Below are positions 12,709-25,439 of a DNA stretch of 60,000 bases, piece by piece (the first letter of the stretch is position 1; the number at the start of each line of letters is the position of its first letter). Under the pieces are notes generated by a model. The model was given only the letters and a program-made list of their open reading frames with translations, did not search any database and was not told the origin of the DNA. Source of the stretch: Malacoraja senta. Taxonomy: Eukaryota. Where the stretch lies: assembly GCA_038087875.1 (NCBI GenBank), contig CM075989.1, forward strand, positions 14,696,001 through 14,756,000, read 5' to 3'. Position numbers and translations under genes: made by a program.

Positions 12709-15589
12709 GTCTATTGTAGTTCAGAGCTTATTTGAGGTTGTTTGAGGTTGTGAAGATTCATGAAGACCAACTGATTCTTTTTACTGGCTTTTCTGTAAAT
12801 ACATTTTCCTGTGACATTTCCTCTATGTGTTTCCAATGGTTAATTTGACCTGCTTGGTTAGAGATGCCATTAAGATGGAAAGGGTTCCGAGCAGATTTAT
12901 GGGTGCCAGTGGCTCTGGCTGAAGAGGAAAGACCCCATTTGGTCTCCCAAATAACCGACTAGACAGATGCAGAGGGTGGTGGTTCTGGGACGCCAGAATG
13001 CACCGCTGAGCCTACTGGAAACGTCATGGGTTCAATCAGCGAAACGTCGATGAAATTAGGTGCCCACTTGATAACCCCAATGACGTGTCTACCTAGCCTT
13101 TCTCAACATCGGAGGAGCATAGGTGAGTGCAGAAGGCTCCCATCACCATCGGGAGTAAGTTGATATTTGGCACTTTGGACTTTTAACATCTTGTCCTGTG
13201 TATTTGTAAACAAACAAGGATGTTGCCAGGACTCGAGAGACTGAGGAATAGGAAGATGGGCAGACTAAGACTTTATTCCTTGAAGCGCAAGAGGCCGAGG
13301 GGTGACTTTATGGTGGAGCACACAATTGTGAGGGGAATGGACCAGGTGAATGCATTGAATCTTTTTCACAGGGTAGAGGAATCAAGAACTAGAGGGCTTA
13401 GATTTAAGATGAGAGGTTTATTAGGTAGCTGAGGGACAACTTTTTTCACAGAGGTAGGTGGAGATATGAAACAAGCTGCCAGAGGAAGTAATAAAACAAA
13501 TGCAGACACTAGCTTATATCAAAGATAGACACAAAATGCTGGAGTAACTCAGCAGGTCAGGCAGCATCTCTGGAGGAAATGTTCTCCAAAGATGCTGCCT
13601 GACCAGCTGAGTTACTCCAGCATTTTGTGTCTATCTTTGCCAGAGGAAATGGTTGAGATAGGTACAATAACAATGTTTACAAATGCATTTAGACAGGTAC
13701 ATGGATAGGAAAGGTTTCGAGGGATATGAGCCAAATGTTGGCAAACGAGATAAACACAGATGGGGCACTTGGGTTGCCATGGACAAGTTGGGCCAAAGAG
13801 TATGTTTCCATGCTGTGCGACTCTGTGATTCTATTTGAAGAAGCAGATGGAAACAAATGAAACTATATCTATGGGCTTTACACCTGCCATCCTGCACCTG
13901 AACATTGTAGAGTCAGATTTGGGGAATGTGTGGAAATTTAAAGCGGTGCAAACAATTTCCTGACAATGGATATTTCTACGGCAGAGATAGATAGATTCTT
14001 GATTAGTACGGGTGTTATGGGAGAAGGCAGGAGAATGGGGTTAGATTCTAATAGATAGAGATAGATAGATCAGCCATGATTGAATGGTGGAGTAGATTTG
14101 ATGAGCCGAATGGCCTAATTCTGCTCCTATCATTTATGACCTTAATTGTCAACTAACCCTGGCTTTTAATGCAGTTAGAGAGCATGGTTTTACCAACTAC
14201 AGCGCGCTTCCAACTTGTACAAAACAATCTTTAATGATGGATTACAGTGGGAAACAAGACTGCAGTTCCAAGGCAACGGCATGCAACAAACATTCTTTAA
14301 AATGTATTCTACTCCATTATATGTTTATAGATGAAAACCTCTGGTGATCGAGCCATCTGGGAGGCAAGTTCACGTGTAGATCGTCCTACAGTTAATGGAG
14401 ACACAAAGTCACTCCCAATGGATCAGCCTCAGCTTGGTGTGAGCCCCTTATGGCAAGGCACCAACAGAGACCAACGCCTATTAACAAGGTCATTAGCGGT
14501 GCTTAGTGAAATCAATAGAGGCCGAATGAGAAATCAACCTGCAGAGCAAAAACATTCCTCGACAAAAATAGAAATATCATTTATTCGGGGCCAAAGACTA
14601 GCATTTGTGGAGGGTTAGAGAGAGAGGGGGAAATGGTGAGAGAATTGCTAATCAATGTCCAAAAGCAAATACCTAGGGAGAGGGGTTGAGGGGTAGGATT
14701 AAGGATGGCAGCTCAACAACAAATCAATTTCAAGATTGGAAAGCAAGGGAAGTAGTGTACACAAACTGGAATGTATTTTTTGAAGCATAGTATTAAATAC
14801 TAAACCAGGGACTTTGGTTTTAACCAGCATCTGCAGTTCTTGTGAAGGAGGGAACTGCAGATGCTTGTTTAAACTGAAGAAAGACACAAAAAGCTGGAGA
14901 AACTCAGTGGGTCAGGCAGCATCTCTGGTGAAAAGGAATAGGTGGCGTTTTGGGGAGAGACCGTTCTTCAGACTGAAGAAGTCACACAGAGTCATAGTCT
15001 GAAGAAGGGTCTCGACCCAAAACTAACACCTCCACAGATGCTGCCTGACCCGCTTTGTTACTCCAGCTTTGTGTGTCTATCTGCGGTTCTTTGTTTTTAC
15101 AAGGTCTCTGGTATGTGACTAAGCTGAAAGGAAAGCAACAAGAGGGCCAGTTTTAAAATTGACAACTCAGAGGCAGATAAATTCCATCGGTTTAGAGATT
15201 GTGGCTACAATAGGCTACATGCAGATGACTCATTTCCTCATGTGCGTGATCAAATTCTCCACTTCAATCATCTCCTTGATGTGGAATTGCCTGCAAGGCG
15301 CCCAAATAGGATTCGATTCTCTAAAGAAAGAGCAACATTTTTCAAGCTCCCTGCATTAAAGAAAGAAATCTTCAAATATGAAAGCAAGGCAGGGGTTGGT
15401 GGTGCAGAGCAGTGGGAGGGTGCAGCTGGTAATGTCATTGCAGAGCGGCCCATGAATGTTGGTGCTCCAATTCCAGGAGAGTACAAGTGGAACTTGTCCA
15501 AGGCACAATTCCACGATGTGCCTATGCAAAACCTCAAGCTGTGATATACAGCAGGGAATGGAGCATTGATCCCAATAGTTTAAGTTTGA

Positions 15590-16490
15590 AGAGGACACTA
15601 AAGTGAGTGGTATTGTAGATGGTTGTCAAAAATTGCAGCAGGATCTCAATCGGTTTGGCAGGTGGGCTGAGAAATGGTTGATGGAATTCAAATACAGAGA
15701 AATGCGAGGTGTTGCATTTTGGAAAGTTGATTCTGGGCAGGACCTACACAGTGAATGGCAGGGCTCTGGGGAGTGTTGTATACAGAGGGATCTAGGCGTG
15801 CTGGTACATAGTTCCTTGAAAGTGGCATCACAGATAGATAAGTTGATCAAGGTGGCTTTATGCACATTGGCCTTCATCAGCCACAGCATTGGGGTTTAGA
15901 AGTTGGGAGGTCATGTTACAGTTATACAAGACATCGGTGAGGCCACATTTAGAGTATTGTGTTCAGCTTTGGTCGCTCTATAATGGTAAAGATGCTGTTA
16001 CGCTGGAACAGGTGAAAGAGAAGATTTACGAGGATGCTGCCAGGACTCGAAGGCCTGAGCTATAGGGAGACATTGTGCAGGCTAGGCCTTTATTCCTTGG
16101 AGGGCAGGAGGTGATCTTATAGAGGTATATAAGATCACGAGAGGAATAGAAAGGCTAATTGCTCAGAGTCTTTTACCCAGAGTAGGAGGATCAAGAAGCA
16201 GAGGACATAGGTTTAAGGTGAGGGAAGAAAGATTTAATAGGAACCTGAGCGGCAACTTTTTTTTTTACACAAAAGGGTGTTGGGTGTATGGAACGAGCTG
16301 CCACAGGAGGTAGTTGAGGCAGATACTATCACAGTGTTTAAAAAACATTTGAACAGGTTCATGGAGAGGATAGGTTGAGAGGGATGTGGGCCAAACGCAA
16401 GTGAGTGGGACTGGTGACTAGTGTAGATGTTGGTCGGCATGGGCAATTTGAGCCCAAGGGCCTAATTCCGCACTGTATGATTCTATGACT
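15590..16490 (+). mobile_element. CR1 LINE 3' fragment
   Basis: LQQDLNRFGRWAEKWLMEF and RDLGVLVHSSLK motifs. Ends in a CTATGATTCTATGACT-type tail. Confidence 0.85.
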
Positions 16491-17439
16491 CCAATAATTT
16501 TCCGCTTAACTTGGCAAGAGGTTGGAGTGGGAGTGGGCCAACGAGGGTCTTGTGCAGCAGAGGCACAGCTCAGCTGAGTATAGTTCCTGGAACTACAGAA
16601 ATTAAAGAGGTGGGCAATGATGGGGAAAATGTACATTGCAGATGAAGTTGATGGACTGAAAAACAGCAACTGAAGAGATATCCCTGGATAACCACCCTGT
16701 CTCAAGTGGTTTAAGGCCACGTATCCAATTTATTTTCAGTTTTGCAAAGATTTAGATTATTAATCCAAGCGGGAAAGAAAAAGGATGAGAATTCAGATAT
16801 AGAGACTAGGAAAAACAGAAATAAGACTGCAAAAAACAGGAAGGATAAGATACCAGGAGGGGTTAGCTTCTCAGCCACAATACATCACTGAACTAGTCAA
16901 AGTTTAGTGTGGGAATTCAGGGGTGGAATGAAGATTATATGAGCATTGATACATTAGTTAGGTTGAGGCAAGGTCAGTCAACCTTAAGCGCCTATTCAAC
17001 CTTTCAATGTGAGAGGATTGCAGACCTGAAGATCAAAGTCCACTTAATAAATCCCCAAAACAGACAATTTCCAGAAAGAGAGTCCATTTTTACTCTATTT
17101 TTAAGCTATTTCAATTCTGAAGCAAGCCCTCAGTGCCATTTATTGTGTAGGAAACACTGAACAAAACCTCTCCCTTATCATGTCTCATACATTTGCTAAG
17201 CTGATTGCCTGTGGACTTACCAACAATGTACCTGATCTTCACGAGTTTCACTATGAAAATGAACACATTGGGACAGCACCACCGCCTCCACACAAGCCAC
17301 AATACAAAGCGAGTCTTCATAAAAAACAATCGCCCAGACAAGTCCCGCTTTCTTCTTTAAGGGCTCATGAAGCAGAAAGTGACCAGCGTTTCTGGCACAT
17401 TGGGGAACACATCACCAGCACACACAATGTGAGTGGACT

Positions 17440-17890
17440 GTATAGTCATACAGCATGGAAACAGGCCCTTCGGCCCAACTTGCCTATGCCCGACCAAGAT
17501 GCCACATCTACACTAGTCCTACATGCCTGCGTTTGACCCATAGTCCTCTAAACATTTGCTGTCAATGTACCTGTCCAAATGTCCTTTAAAATGTTGTTGT
17601 CGTGCCTGCCACAACTACCTTTCCAGGCTATTCGTCCTATATACCCACCACCCTCTGTGTGAAAAAGTTGCTCCTCGGGTTCCTATTAAATCTTTCCCCT
17701 CTCACTTTAAACCTATGTCCCCTGGTTCTTCATTTCCCCTACTCTGGGCAAAAGATTCTGTGCATTCCTATCTATGCCCCTCTATATTTTATACACTTCT
17801 ATAAGATCACCCCTCAGCCTCCTCCGCTCCAAGGAATGAAGTCCTAGCCTGTCCAACCCTCTCCCTCTAGCTCAGCCCTTCAGGTCCCGA
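17440..17890 (-). mobile_element. CR1 LINE 3' fragment
   Basis: Reverse complement of the CR1 3' end seen at 16100-16490 and 54200-54650. Confidence 0.75.
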
Positions 17891-18994
17891 CAATTGTCTG
17901 TTCAGTTGAACATTTCACAAGAGAGGCAGCATTCACATTCTCTATCAGGAGACTGCGTAGTGGCATGGTCAATGCCTACTGTGTTCTGTTGTGCTGAAGC
18001 AAAGCAAGAATGTCATTGTCCTATCAGGGGCACATGACAATAAACTCACTTGGACTTGAACTTGCTCTCTCTGGTTACAAAGCAGACAAAGTACAGACAG
18101 TTACACTTTTACAAATGGAGGGCCATAGTTTTTAAAAGCTAAAATGGAGGACAACAAATCCACAACAGGAGTTTCAGTCAGAGTAAAAGACTCTCACATT
18201 GTGTGCAAATTCAACGAGAAATTTTGTTTCTGTACATCACCCACCCTTGGAACTGTGCATGGTCAATTTAAACATGGGCTTTTCAACTTAAAATTGGTTG
18301 TATTTATCTTACCAAACACTTGGCAAAGCTTTGGCCAAATTGTAAAGGTAGTTAGTTGGCAGATTCTTCCAACATAATAACCATACTTGGGTGGTATAAT
18401 TCTTCTAGTGTGTTATGGATAATGAGGCCTGGATTATTCACCACCCTTCCTCTTCCTCACCCACAGAAGGTAGTGGCATCATTCTGAGCTAATAAATGTA
18501 CTGTTGGGCAGCACTGACTAAGCCCAGGAGCTGGTTTAACACTGAAGCATTTACACAAAGCAGAAAGATGGCAATGAAAAGAAAAAACTCAAACCATCAC
18601 ACTGTCCACAAAAAAACAATGGCTTCAAATCACCCTGAACATATAAAAAGCAAGGATTTGTCTTTATACCAAGCAGTTATTAACTTGGACAATTTAATCA
18701 CAACCACCAAATCTGTATTCCTGAATCACCAACTAGCAAAGTATGAATCAACCTTACAGAATTGAACGGTAAATGGAGCTAGTTGCAGGGATTCCACCAG
18801 AGGGAGCTCCACACCCATTCTGTACCTCAGATCTCAACCTCGCCCATCTCATGACACCAGGGCTCAGCTAAAGAAGCAGCTTGGTTGGTGGGACAGGCTC
18901 TGCCAAAGATCTTATAGTTCGCTAAAAGATCTTTGGGCTCTGCCTCCTTCACAGGCCCAGCAGTGGAAGCACAAACTGTGCACATTGATGAATC

Positions 18995-19513
18995 CTGGTG
19001 TGGTTTGCTAGCTGCACTGTGGCTGAGAGGAGGGCGCTGCAAAGAGTTATAAAAACTGCACAGAGCATCACAAACGCTCAACTGCCCTCCTTGGATGGTA
19101 TATATAGGGCCCGATGCTTGTGCCGGGCCACAAACATCAAGCAGGACACATCCCACCCTGCCAACCACCTTTTCACTCTGCTACCCTCTGGGAGGCGATT
19201 CAGGTCTCTGAAGGCTAACCCTAACCCTAACCCTAACCCTAACCCTAGACTAAAAAATAGTTTCTACCCATGTGTGATAAAACAGAACTTAATTCCAACA
19301 GAGAACACTGGGGAAGCAAAATGTAATTCCAAGAAATGCGACATTCTTTTAAAATTCTTTTAAAATACTTATTTATTATTTTTACTAATAAGTGTACATA
19401 TGTGTCAATGGTTGTCATGTTTGTATTTTTTAACCGGAGGTGATGCAATGGAGTTCCGTTGCACAGTATTGCGCAATGACAATAAACGTATTCCAATTCT
19501 AATTCTAATTCTA
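18995..19513 (+). mobile_element. Rex1/Babar-type LINE 3' end
   Basis: WFASCTVAERRALQRVIKTAQSIT...HPANHLFTLLPSGRRFRSLK..RLKNSFYP, then AATAAA and an (ATTCTA)n tail. Confidence 0.82.
19215..19247 (-). repeat. Interstitial telomeric repeat (TTAGGG)5.5
   Basis: Perfect (CTAACC)5CTA on the plus strand. Confidence 0.92.
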
Positions 19514-20818
19514 AGTTGTGCAGCCATTTACAATTTTTTCTCCTTTAACAACAAACATCAGGCTCTTCAACACTACTAAACTCTTGGTTGCGCTACGGAC
19601 ATTAGGTCTATTTGCACTAGTATTGAACCCATGTTTCCGGGGCCGTGAGGCAGCAGCTCTACCTGCTGTGCCGCTATGTTTTAAGTTCAAGTTTGATCTT
19701 CACTCACAGCAAAAAGGAAATGTTCGGCCCAGTAGACCATCCTCCACGACCCAAATTCAGGTTCAGGTTGAGAATGGGCAATGAGGTCCATTCATTTAAT
19801 CACACGACTCGCAGCCCAGGTTCAACCCCTCCCCCACCCCTGCTGTAGTGGGATTCTCCAACTTCCCCATCAGGCTGCGTTGCAAATGAAGCCTAGAACC
19901 TCTGCCCAACCTCTCCAGCCTTAAGGTCGAGGTCAATAAAGAAAGCAATAAAACTGTCCAAACATGAAACTCTAGGTTAACCACCTTGAAGATAAAATGT
20001 CCTATTTATTACAGAGCCGGTACTTGCAGCACAATGACGGAATGTCAGCTGTGTGCCCAGAGCAGTGGGAGTTACACTGGCTCTCCAGTGGTACAATGTT
20101 TCATGGAGAGATACAGCAAACCAGAACTTGATCCCAGAGCCAAACAATATCTTACTATCGTAACCAAACGTGTGAATAGTGAATTTTGTGAGAGGAAGTG
20201 CCTTTAGTTCTCCCCGATTGCGGCCACGTGAGGAAGCAGGAGCCAACCACTGTCACCAACTACGTGTTGAGGTGTGCTGACTCTCCTGATCCCAGGGCTG
20301 TCATTGGAAGGAACAGAGTCAGAGTCAACACCAAACCAAGACCGTGAACTGCATCATGAACTGGAAGCCATTCCCTCTCGAGGGAAGTCTCCTTTGATAC
20401 ACACGCTCAGGGTTTACAATGCTTCACCACGCTAACATGCAAGGCCGATATATTTTTCACCTCAGCCACCTGATTTGCTCTAATCTATCTGTGCAGGGAA
20501 ATGAACACTGAGTGTTTGAAACGGCAGACAAGCGATCAGTAAATAGACACAAAATGGAGTAGCTCAGTGGGACAGGCAGCATCTCTGGAGAGAAGGAATT
20601 GGTCAAGACCCTTCTTCAGACTCGATCCGAAACATCACCCATTACTTCTCTTCCTCTGTCCCGCTGAGTTACTCCAGCATTTTGTGTCCATCTTCAGTGT
20701 AAACCAGCATCTGCAGTTCCTTCCCACACAAGGGATCAGTAAAGTTTGGAAAGAAATGGGTGCAGCTGTGTTTACTTGCTCCCATCTTTTGTATAATGGT
20801 TATTAAAGAAGTCATCTA

Positions 20819-22424
20819 CAGTGGCTTGCAAAAGTATTCATACCCCTTGAACTTTTCCACATTTTGTCACGTTACAACCACAAACGTAAATGTATTTTAT
20901 TGGGATTTTATGTGATAGACCAACACAAAGTGGCGCATAATTGTGAAGTGGAAGGAAAATGATACATGGTTTTCAAATTTTTTTACAAATAAAAAACTGA
21001 AAAGTGTGGCGTGCAAAAGTATTCAGCCCCCTTTACTCTGATACCCCTAAATAAAATCCAGTGCAACGAATTGCCTTCAGAAGTCACCTAATTAGTAAAT
21101 AGAGTCCACTTGTGTGTAATCTAATCTCAGTATAAATACAGCTGTTCTGTGAAGGCCTCAGAGGTTTGTTAGAAAACATTTGTGAACAAACAGCATCATG
21201 AAGCCCAAGGAACACACCAGACAGGTCAGGGATAAAGTTGTGGAGAAGTTTAAAGCAGGGTTAGGTTATAAAAAAATATCCCAAGCTTTGAACATCTCAC
21301 GGAGCACTGTTCAATCCATCATCCGAAAATGGAAAGAGTATGGCACAACTGCAAACCTACCAAGACATGGCCGTCCACCTAAACTGACAGGCCGGGCAAG
21401 GAGAGCATTGATCAGAGAAGCAGCCAAGAGGCCCATGGTAACTCTGGAGGAGCTGCAGAGATCCACAGCTCAGGTGGGAGAATCTGTCCACAGGACAACT
21501 AATAGTCGTGCACTCCACAAATCGGCCCTTTATGGAAGAGTGGCAAGAAGAAAGCCATTGTTGAAAAAAAGCCATAAGAAGTCCCGTTTGCAGTTTGCCA
21601 CAAGCCATGTGGGGGACACAGCAAACATGTGGAGGAAGGTGCTCTGGTCAGATGAGACCAAAATTGAAGTTTTTGGCCTAAATGCAAAACGCTATGTGTG
21701 GTGGAAACCTAACACTGCACATCACCCTGAACACACCATCCCCACTGTGAAACATGGTGGTGGCAGCATCATGCTGTGGGGATGCTTTTCTTCAGCAGGG
21801 ACAGGGAAGCTGGTCAGAGTTGATGGGAAGATGGATGGAGCCAAATACAGGGCAATCTTGGAAGAAAACCTGTTAGAGTCTGCAAAAGACTTGAGACTGG
21901 GGCGGAGGTTCACCTTCCAGCAGGACAACGACCCTAAACATACAGCCAGAGCTACAATGGAATGGTTTAGATCAAAGCATATTCATGTGTTAGAATGGCC
22001 CAGTCAAAGTCCACACCTAAATCCAATTGAGAATCTCTGGCAAGACTTGAAAATTGCTGTTCACAGACGCTCTCCATCCAATCTGACTGAGCTTGAGCTA
22101 TTTTGCAAAGAAGAATGGGCAAAGCTGATGTGCAAAGCTGGTAGAGACATACCCCAAAAGACTTGCAGCTGTAATTGCAGCGAAAGGTGGTTCTACAAAG
22201 TATTGACTCAGGGGGGCTGAATACTTTTGCACGCGACACTTTTCAGTTTTTTATTTGTAAAAATATATGAAAACCATGTATCATTTTCCTTCCACTTCAC
22301 AATTATGCGCCACTTTGTGTTGGTCTATCACATAAAATCCCAAAAAAATACATTTACGTTTGTGGTTGTAACGTGACAAAATGTGGAAAAGTTCAAGGGG
22401 TATGAATACTTTTGCAAGCCACTG
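20819..22424 (+). mobile_element. Full-length Tc1/mariner DD34E transposon, IR/DR type (Passport-like), 1606 bp
   Basis: TA duplication at 20817-20818 and 22425-22426. About 210 bp terminal inverted repeats begin CAGTGGCTTGCAAAAGTATTCA, each with a second inner TGCAAAAGTATTCA direct repeat. TATAAA at 21131 and a transposase ORF inside. Confidence 0.97.
21198..22220 (+). pseudogene. Tc1 transposase, nearly intact but frameshifted near the C-terminus
   Basis: Paired-like HTH with GRPPKL linker, WSDETK, FQQDNDPKH, and NPIE 34 residues after the second D. The family C-terminus CAKLVETYPKRLAAVIAAKGGSTKY* lies in another frame ending at TGA 22204-22206. The usual SPDLNPIE reads SPHLNPIE. Confidence 0.9.
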
Positions 22425-22954
22425 TATCTCACTCACCAGTGTTAAATCACAAGACCGACTAATAGTCCGAGTATTTCCTCTCTGACTCTGATCCCTCAAA
22501 TGAAAGTCATAACTTCACGATCCATTCTTGTCTGCAGGCATCGCGATCTCATTGTTGCCAATGTTACTGGAGTTGCCAACGGCTTGAAGTTACAATTTCA
22601 TACTTGACTTTACTGCTCGCTGGATAAATGTTACTAAAAGGTATCCAGAACTCAGTAATCTCAGTCATACCTTGACTGCCATTCCATCCTACACACTTTC
22701 ATGAGAGTGGATTCTCAGCAATAACTGCAATTAAAACCACATGATGTAATAGACTGAGCCTTGGAAAAATGTCTTTTGGCTAACCTTCATCCCCAGATCT
22801 AAAGCCTGAATAGACACAGCAGGTAATTGTGACTTGAGCTTCCAGTTGCACGTCCTGTCAACTTCCCTCCCTATGTCCACACTCACCTGTTCTCGACCTT
22901 CACCACTGCCACAGTGATGCCAAATGCAAGCCAAAAGACCAACACCTCTTATAG

Positions 22955-23167
22955 CAAGGGTTCCCAACCTGGGGTAAATTTTGCCTACCCAGGGGGTAAA
23001 TTTGTTGATTCTGGATTTGTACATATTTTTTCTCATTGACTGACTGTTTGGTTCTGGTAGACCGGTATCTGTTCATCATTAGTTGTTCATACATAAGGAA
23101 AATAACATTGTTATGTGCTATTAAAGTTGCCTGGGGTAAACGGGACGAAAAAGGCTGGGAACCCCTG
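22955..23167. mobile_element. hAT (Charlie-type) MITE, 213 bp
   Basis: Termini CAAGGGTTCCCAACCT and AGGCTGGGAACCCCTG. Perfect 8-bp TSD TCTTATAG at 22947-22954 and 23168-23175. Confidence 0.88.
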
Positions 23168-23597
23168 TCTTATAGGATGGATAGGATAGGTTTGGAGGGA
23201 TATGGACCAAGGGCAGGCAGGTGGGACAAGTGTAGTTGGGACATGTTGGCCGGTGTGGGCAAGTTGGGCCAAAGGGCATGTTTCCACACTGTATCACTAT
23301 GACTCTATTCCACTTGGGTGGCCTACACCCTACAGTTTGAACAAAGCATTTTCCAAATTTAGTTGACCAGCACCCCTAGTGCTCCTGTCCCACTCCTACT
23401 GATTCACCTAGCTTATCACTGCCTTTTTTCTTCACCTGTTCCCACATATCACCCACCAGTCTCGGTCTCTATATCCCCCCTCCCTATTTTTTTCTTCTTC
23501 TCTAGTCCCACCTATCACCTACTTCACCCCTCTCCCTCTCCTGGCTATCTCCCCTCTACACTGTCTGTCCTGCAGTCTCCTGGGCAAAAACATTGGT

Positions 23598-23980
23598 GAT
23601 AGACACAAAAAGCTGGAGTAACTCAGCAGGACAGGCAGCATCTCTGGATAGAAGGAATGGGTGGCGTTTGGGGTCGAGACCCTTCTTCAGACTGAGAGTC
23701 AGGGGAGAAGGGGACACAGAAGAAAGAGTGAAGTGTGAAAACGAGACATCAAGAGATGGTGATCGAGGAAAATGTAGAATAGATCGTTGTTAGCTACGAG
23801 AAGGTGACAATAATACAAACAGATAGAATGTAATCGGGGACAGTCAGACTGGTTGGAGAACCGGGAAGGGGGAGGGATGGAGAGAGAAGGAAAGCAAGGG
23901 TTACTTGAAGCTAGAGGTCAATATTCATACCGCTGGGGTGTAAGCTACCCAAGCGAAATATGAGATGCTGTTCCTCCAAA
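23598..23980 (-). mobile_element. Penelope-like element 3' end
   Basis: Minus strand encodes LEEQHLIFRLGSLHPSGMNIDL, followed by the same 3' tract and terminal repeat as 35483-35945. Confidence 0.82.
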
Positions 23981-24529
23981 AACATTGGCCATGGCTTTGC
24001 CCCCATAGATTCCGCTTGTCCCGTTGAGTTCCACCACCAGCAGTTTGCTATTTGCAATGGTGACTGATTCATTATTGTAAAAACAAAATGATCTGCAATG
24101 TAGAATGATCACAAGACCGCCCAAACTTGTTTTTAAGCCTTCAATTACATTTTTGTAGAAATGATGTATTGGTATTTAAAGTTTAATTTGGGAATGGAAT
24201 GTGCGTAAAAAGTGAAATCTCTCCCTCAAATCTACCAAGGGTAAATTTGAGAAATAAATGACCATATTCACTCAATGCCAACGGGTTATTCTAAACCGTT
24301 AAATATCAGTAGAAAAATATGTTAACTGTACTAATCAGTACGTTTCATCTTATTTAACTTAATTAGACTTCATTCAAAGCCTATATTTGCACAGGTCCAG
24401 CAGTAAAAAAATTAATGCAGATAAAAAGTCGGGGCCTTAATAGAAGCTCGTGTCTTTGGAAGCGAGCCAGTAGATTCTGGCATTAAGGAGGCTACAACAC
24501 ACTGAACTGAAGCAAGTGAAAGTCTAGCA

Positions 24530-24894
24530 CAGGGGTGGGGAACCTGCGGCCTTAAGGCCGCATGCAGCCTTCTCGGCCATCAAGTGCGGTCTTTTGAATG
24601 AATCCAATATTTGTAGAACAAATCCTTTTATTTTTATTATATGTTTTTGTTCGTCTTTTATTATTTTAATTTTAATCTTAAAATGAACGTATTTAAAATA
24701 CCAAAAAGAAGATTCAACTAAATAATCCTCCCCGACTGACAGCCACAATTAAAACATTAGTAAGTCATGAGGGCTATTTTAACAAAATAATGTACATTTT
24801 GAAGTATATCTGGTTGAAGTTTCTTGGATGCGGCCTTATTAGATTACAGCTAACTTGATGCGGCATTCCAGCATGAAAAGGTTCCCCACCCCTG
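24530..24894. mobile_element. hAT (Charlie-type) MITE, 365 bp
   Basis: Perfect 16-bp TIR CAGGGGTGGGGAACCT / AGGTTCCCCACCCCTG. 8-bp TSD GTCTAGCA / CTCTAGCA (7 of 8 match), resembling the NTCTAGAN target preference. Confidence 0.88.
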
Positions 24895-25286
24895 CTCTAG
24901 CAGAAAAAAACTTGACGATGTTTAGATTCAAGGCCAACTGAAAATATTTCTATCGCTGCGGAGATCCGGCTGTGGAGTAATCACCCCAAGAAAGTGCAAA
25001 ATTGTGCAAATGGAGGAGAAATAGAACCTACTCCTATCACTGGAGAACACTTGCCTTGTTAAAAATAAAATCTAGGTTGAGAGCTGGAAAACAATGACAG
25101 TCAAAGACAACATGTACCAACGAAGGGAAATAACTGAATTACTTACAAGGTACAAAATGTAATAAAAGGATCCAAAAGATAGTGTACATTTACAAGGTCA
25201 ACATTGCCTGAAGGTAATGCTTAGTAGCTGCCACAATAGAACTGCTGTCAGGAACAGAATCACATTTCTGTCTCAGGGCCACTTAC

Positions 25287-25439
25287 CACTCGCTTTTCTC
25301 TGAAGTCGATGCCAACTGTGGTGATGAACTTGGAGTTGAATTTGGCATCGGTGTACTGATAGAGGAAGCTGGTCTTTCCCACTCCCGAGTCTCCAAGCGC
25401 TAGAAATTTGATGAGATAATCGTAGTCTCCATCAGACAT
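25287..25439 (-). CDS. RAB27A: Rab27A small GTPase, first coding exon (aa 1-51)
   Basis: Translates [51 protein letters not shown] (P-loop GDSGVGKT, switch I TVGIDF). ATG in CACC-ATG context at 25439 and GTAAGT donor at 25286. The acceptor TTGCAG puts the exon start at 25459 (20 nt of 5' UTR). [16 protein letters not shown] match Rab27A rather than Rab27B (MTDG/IKLL/KTTFLYRY). Confidence 0.97.
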
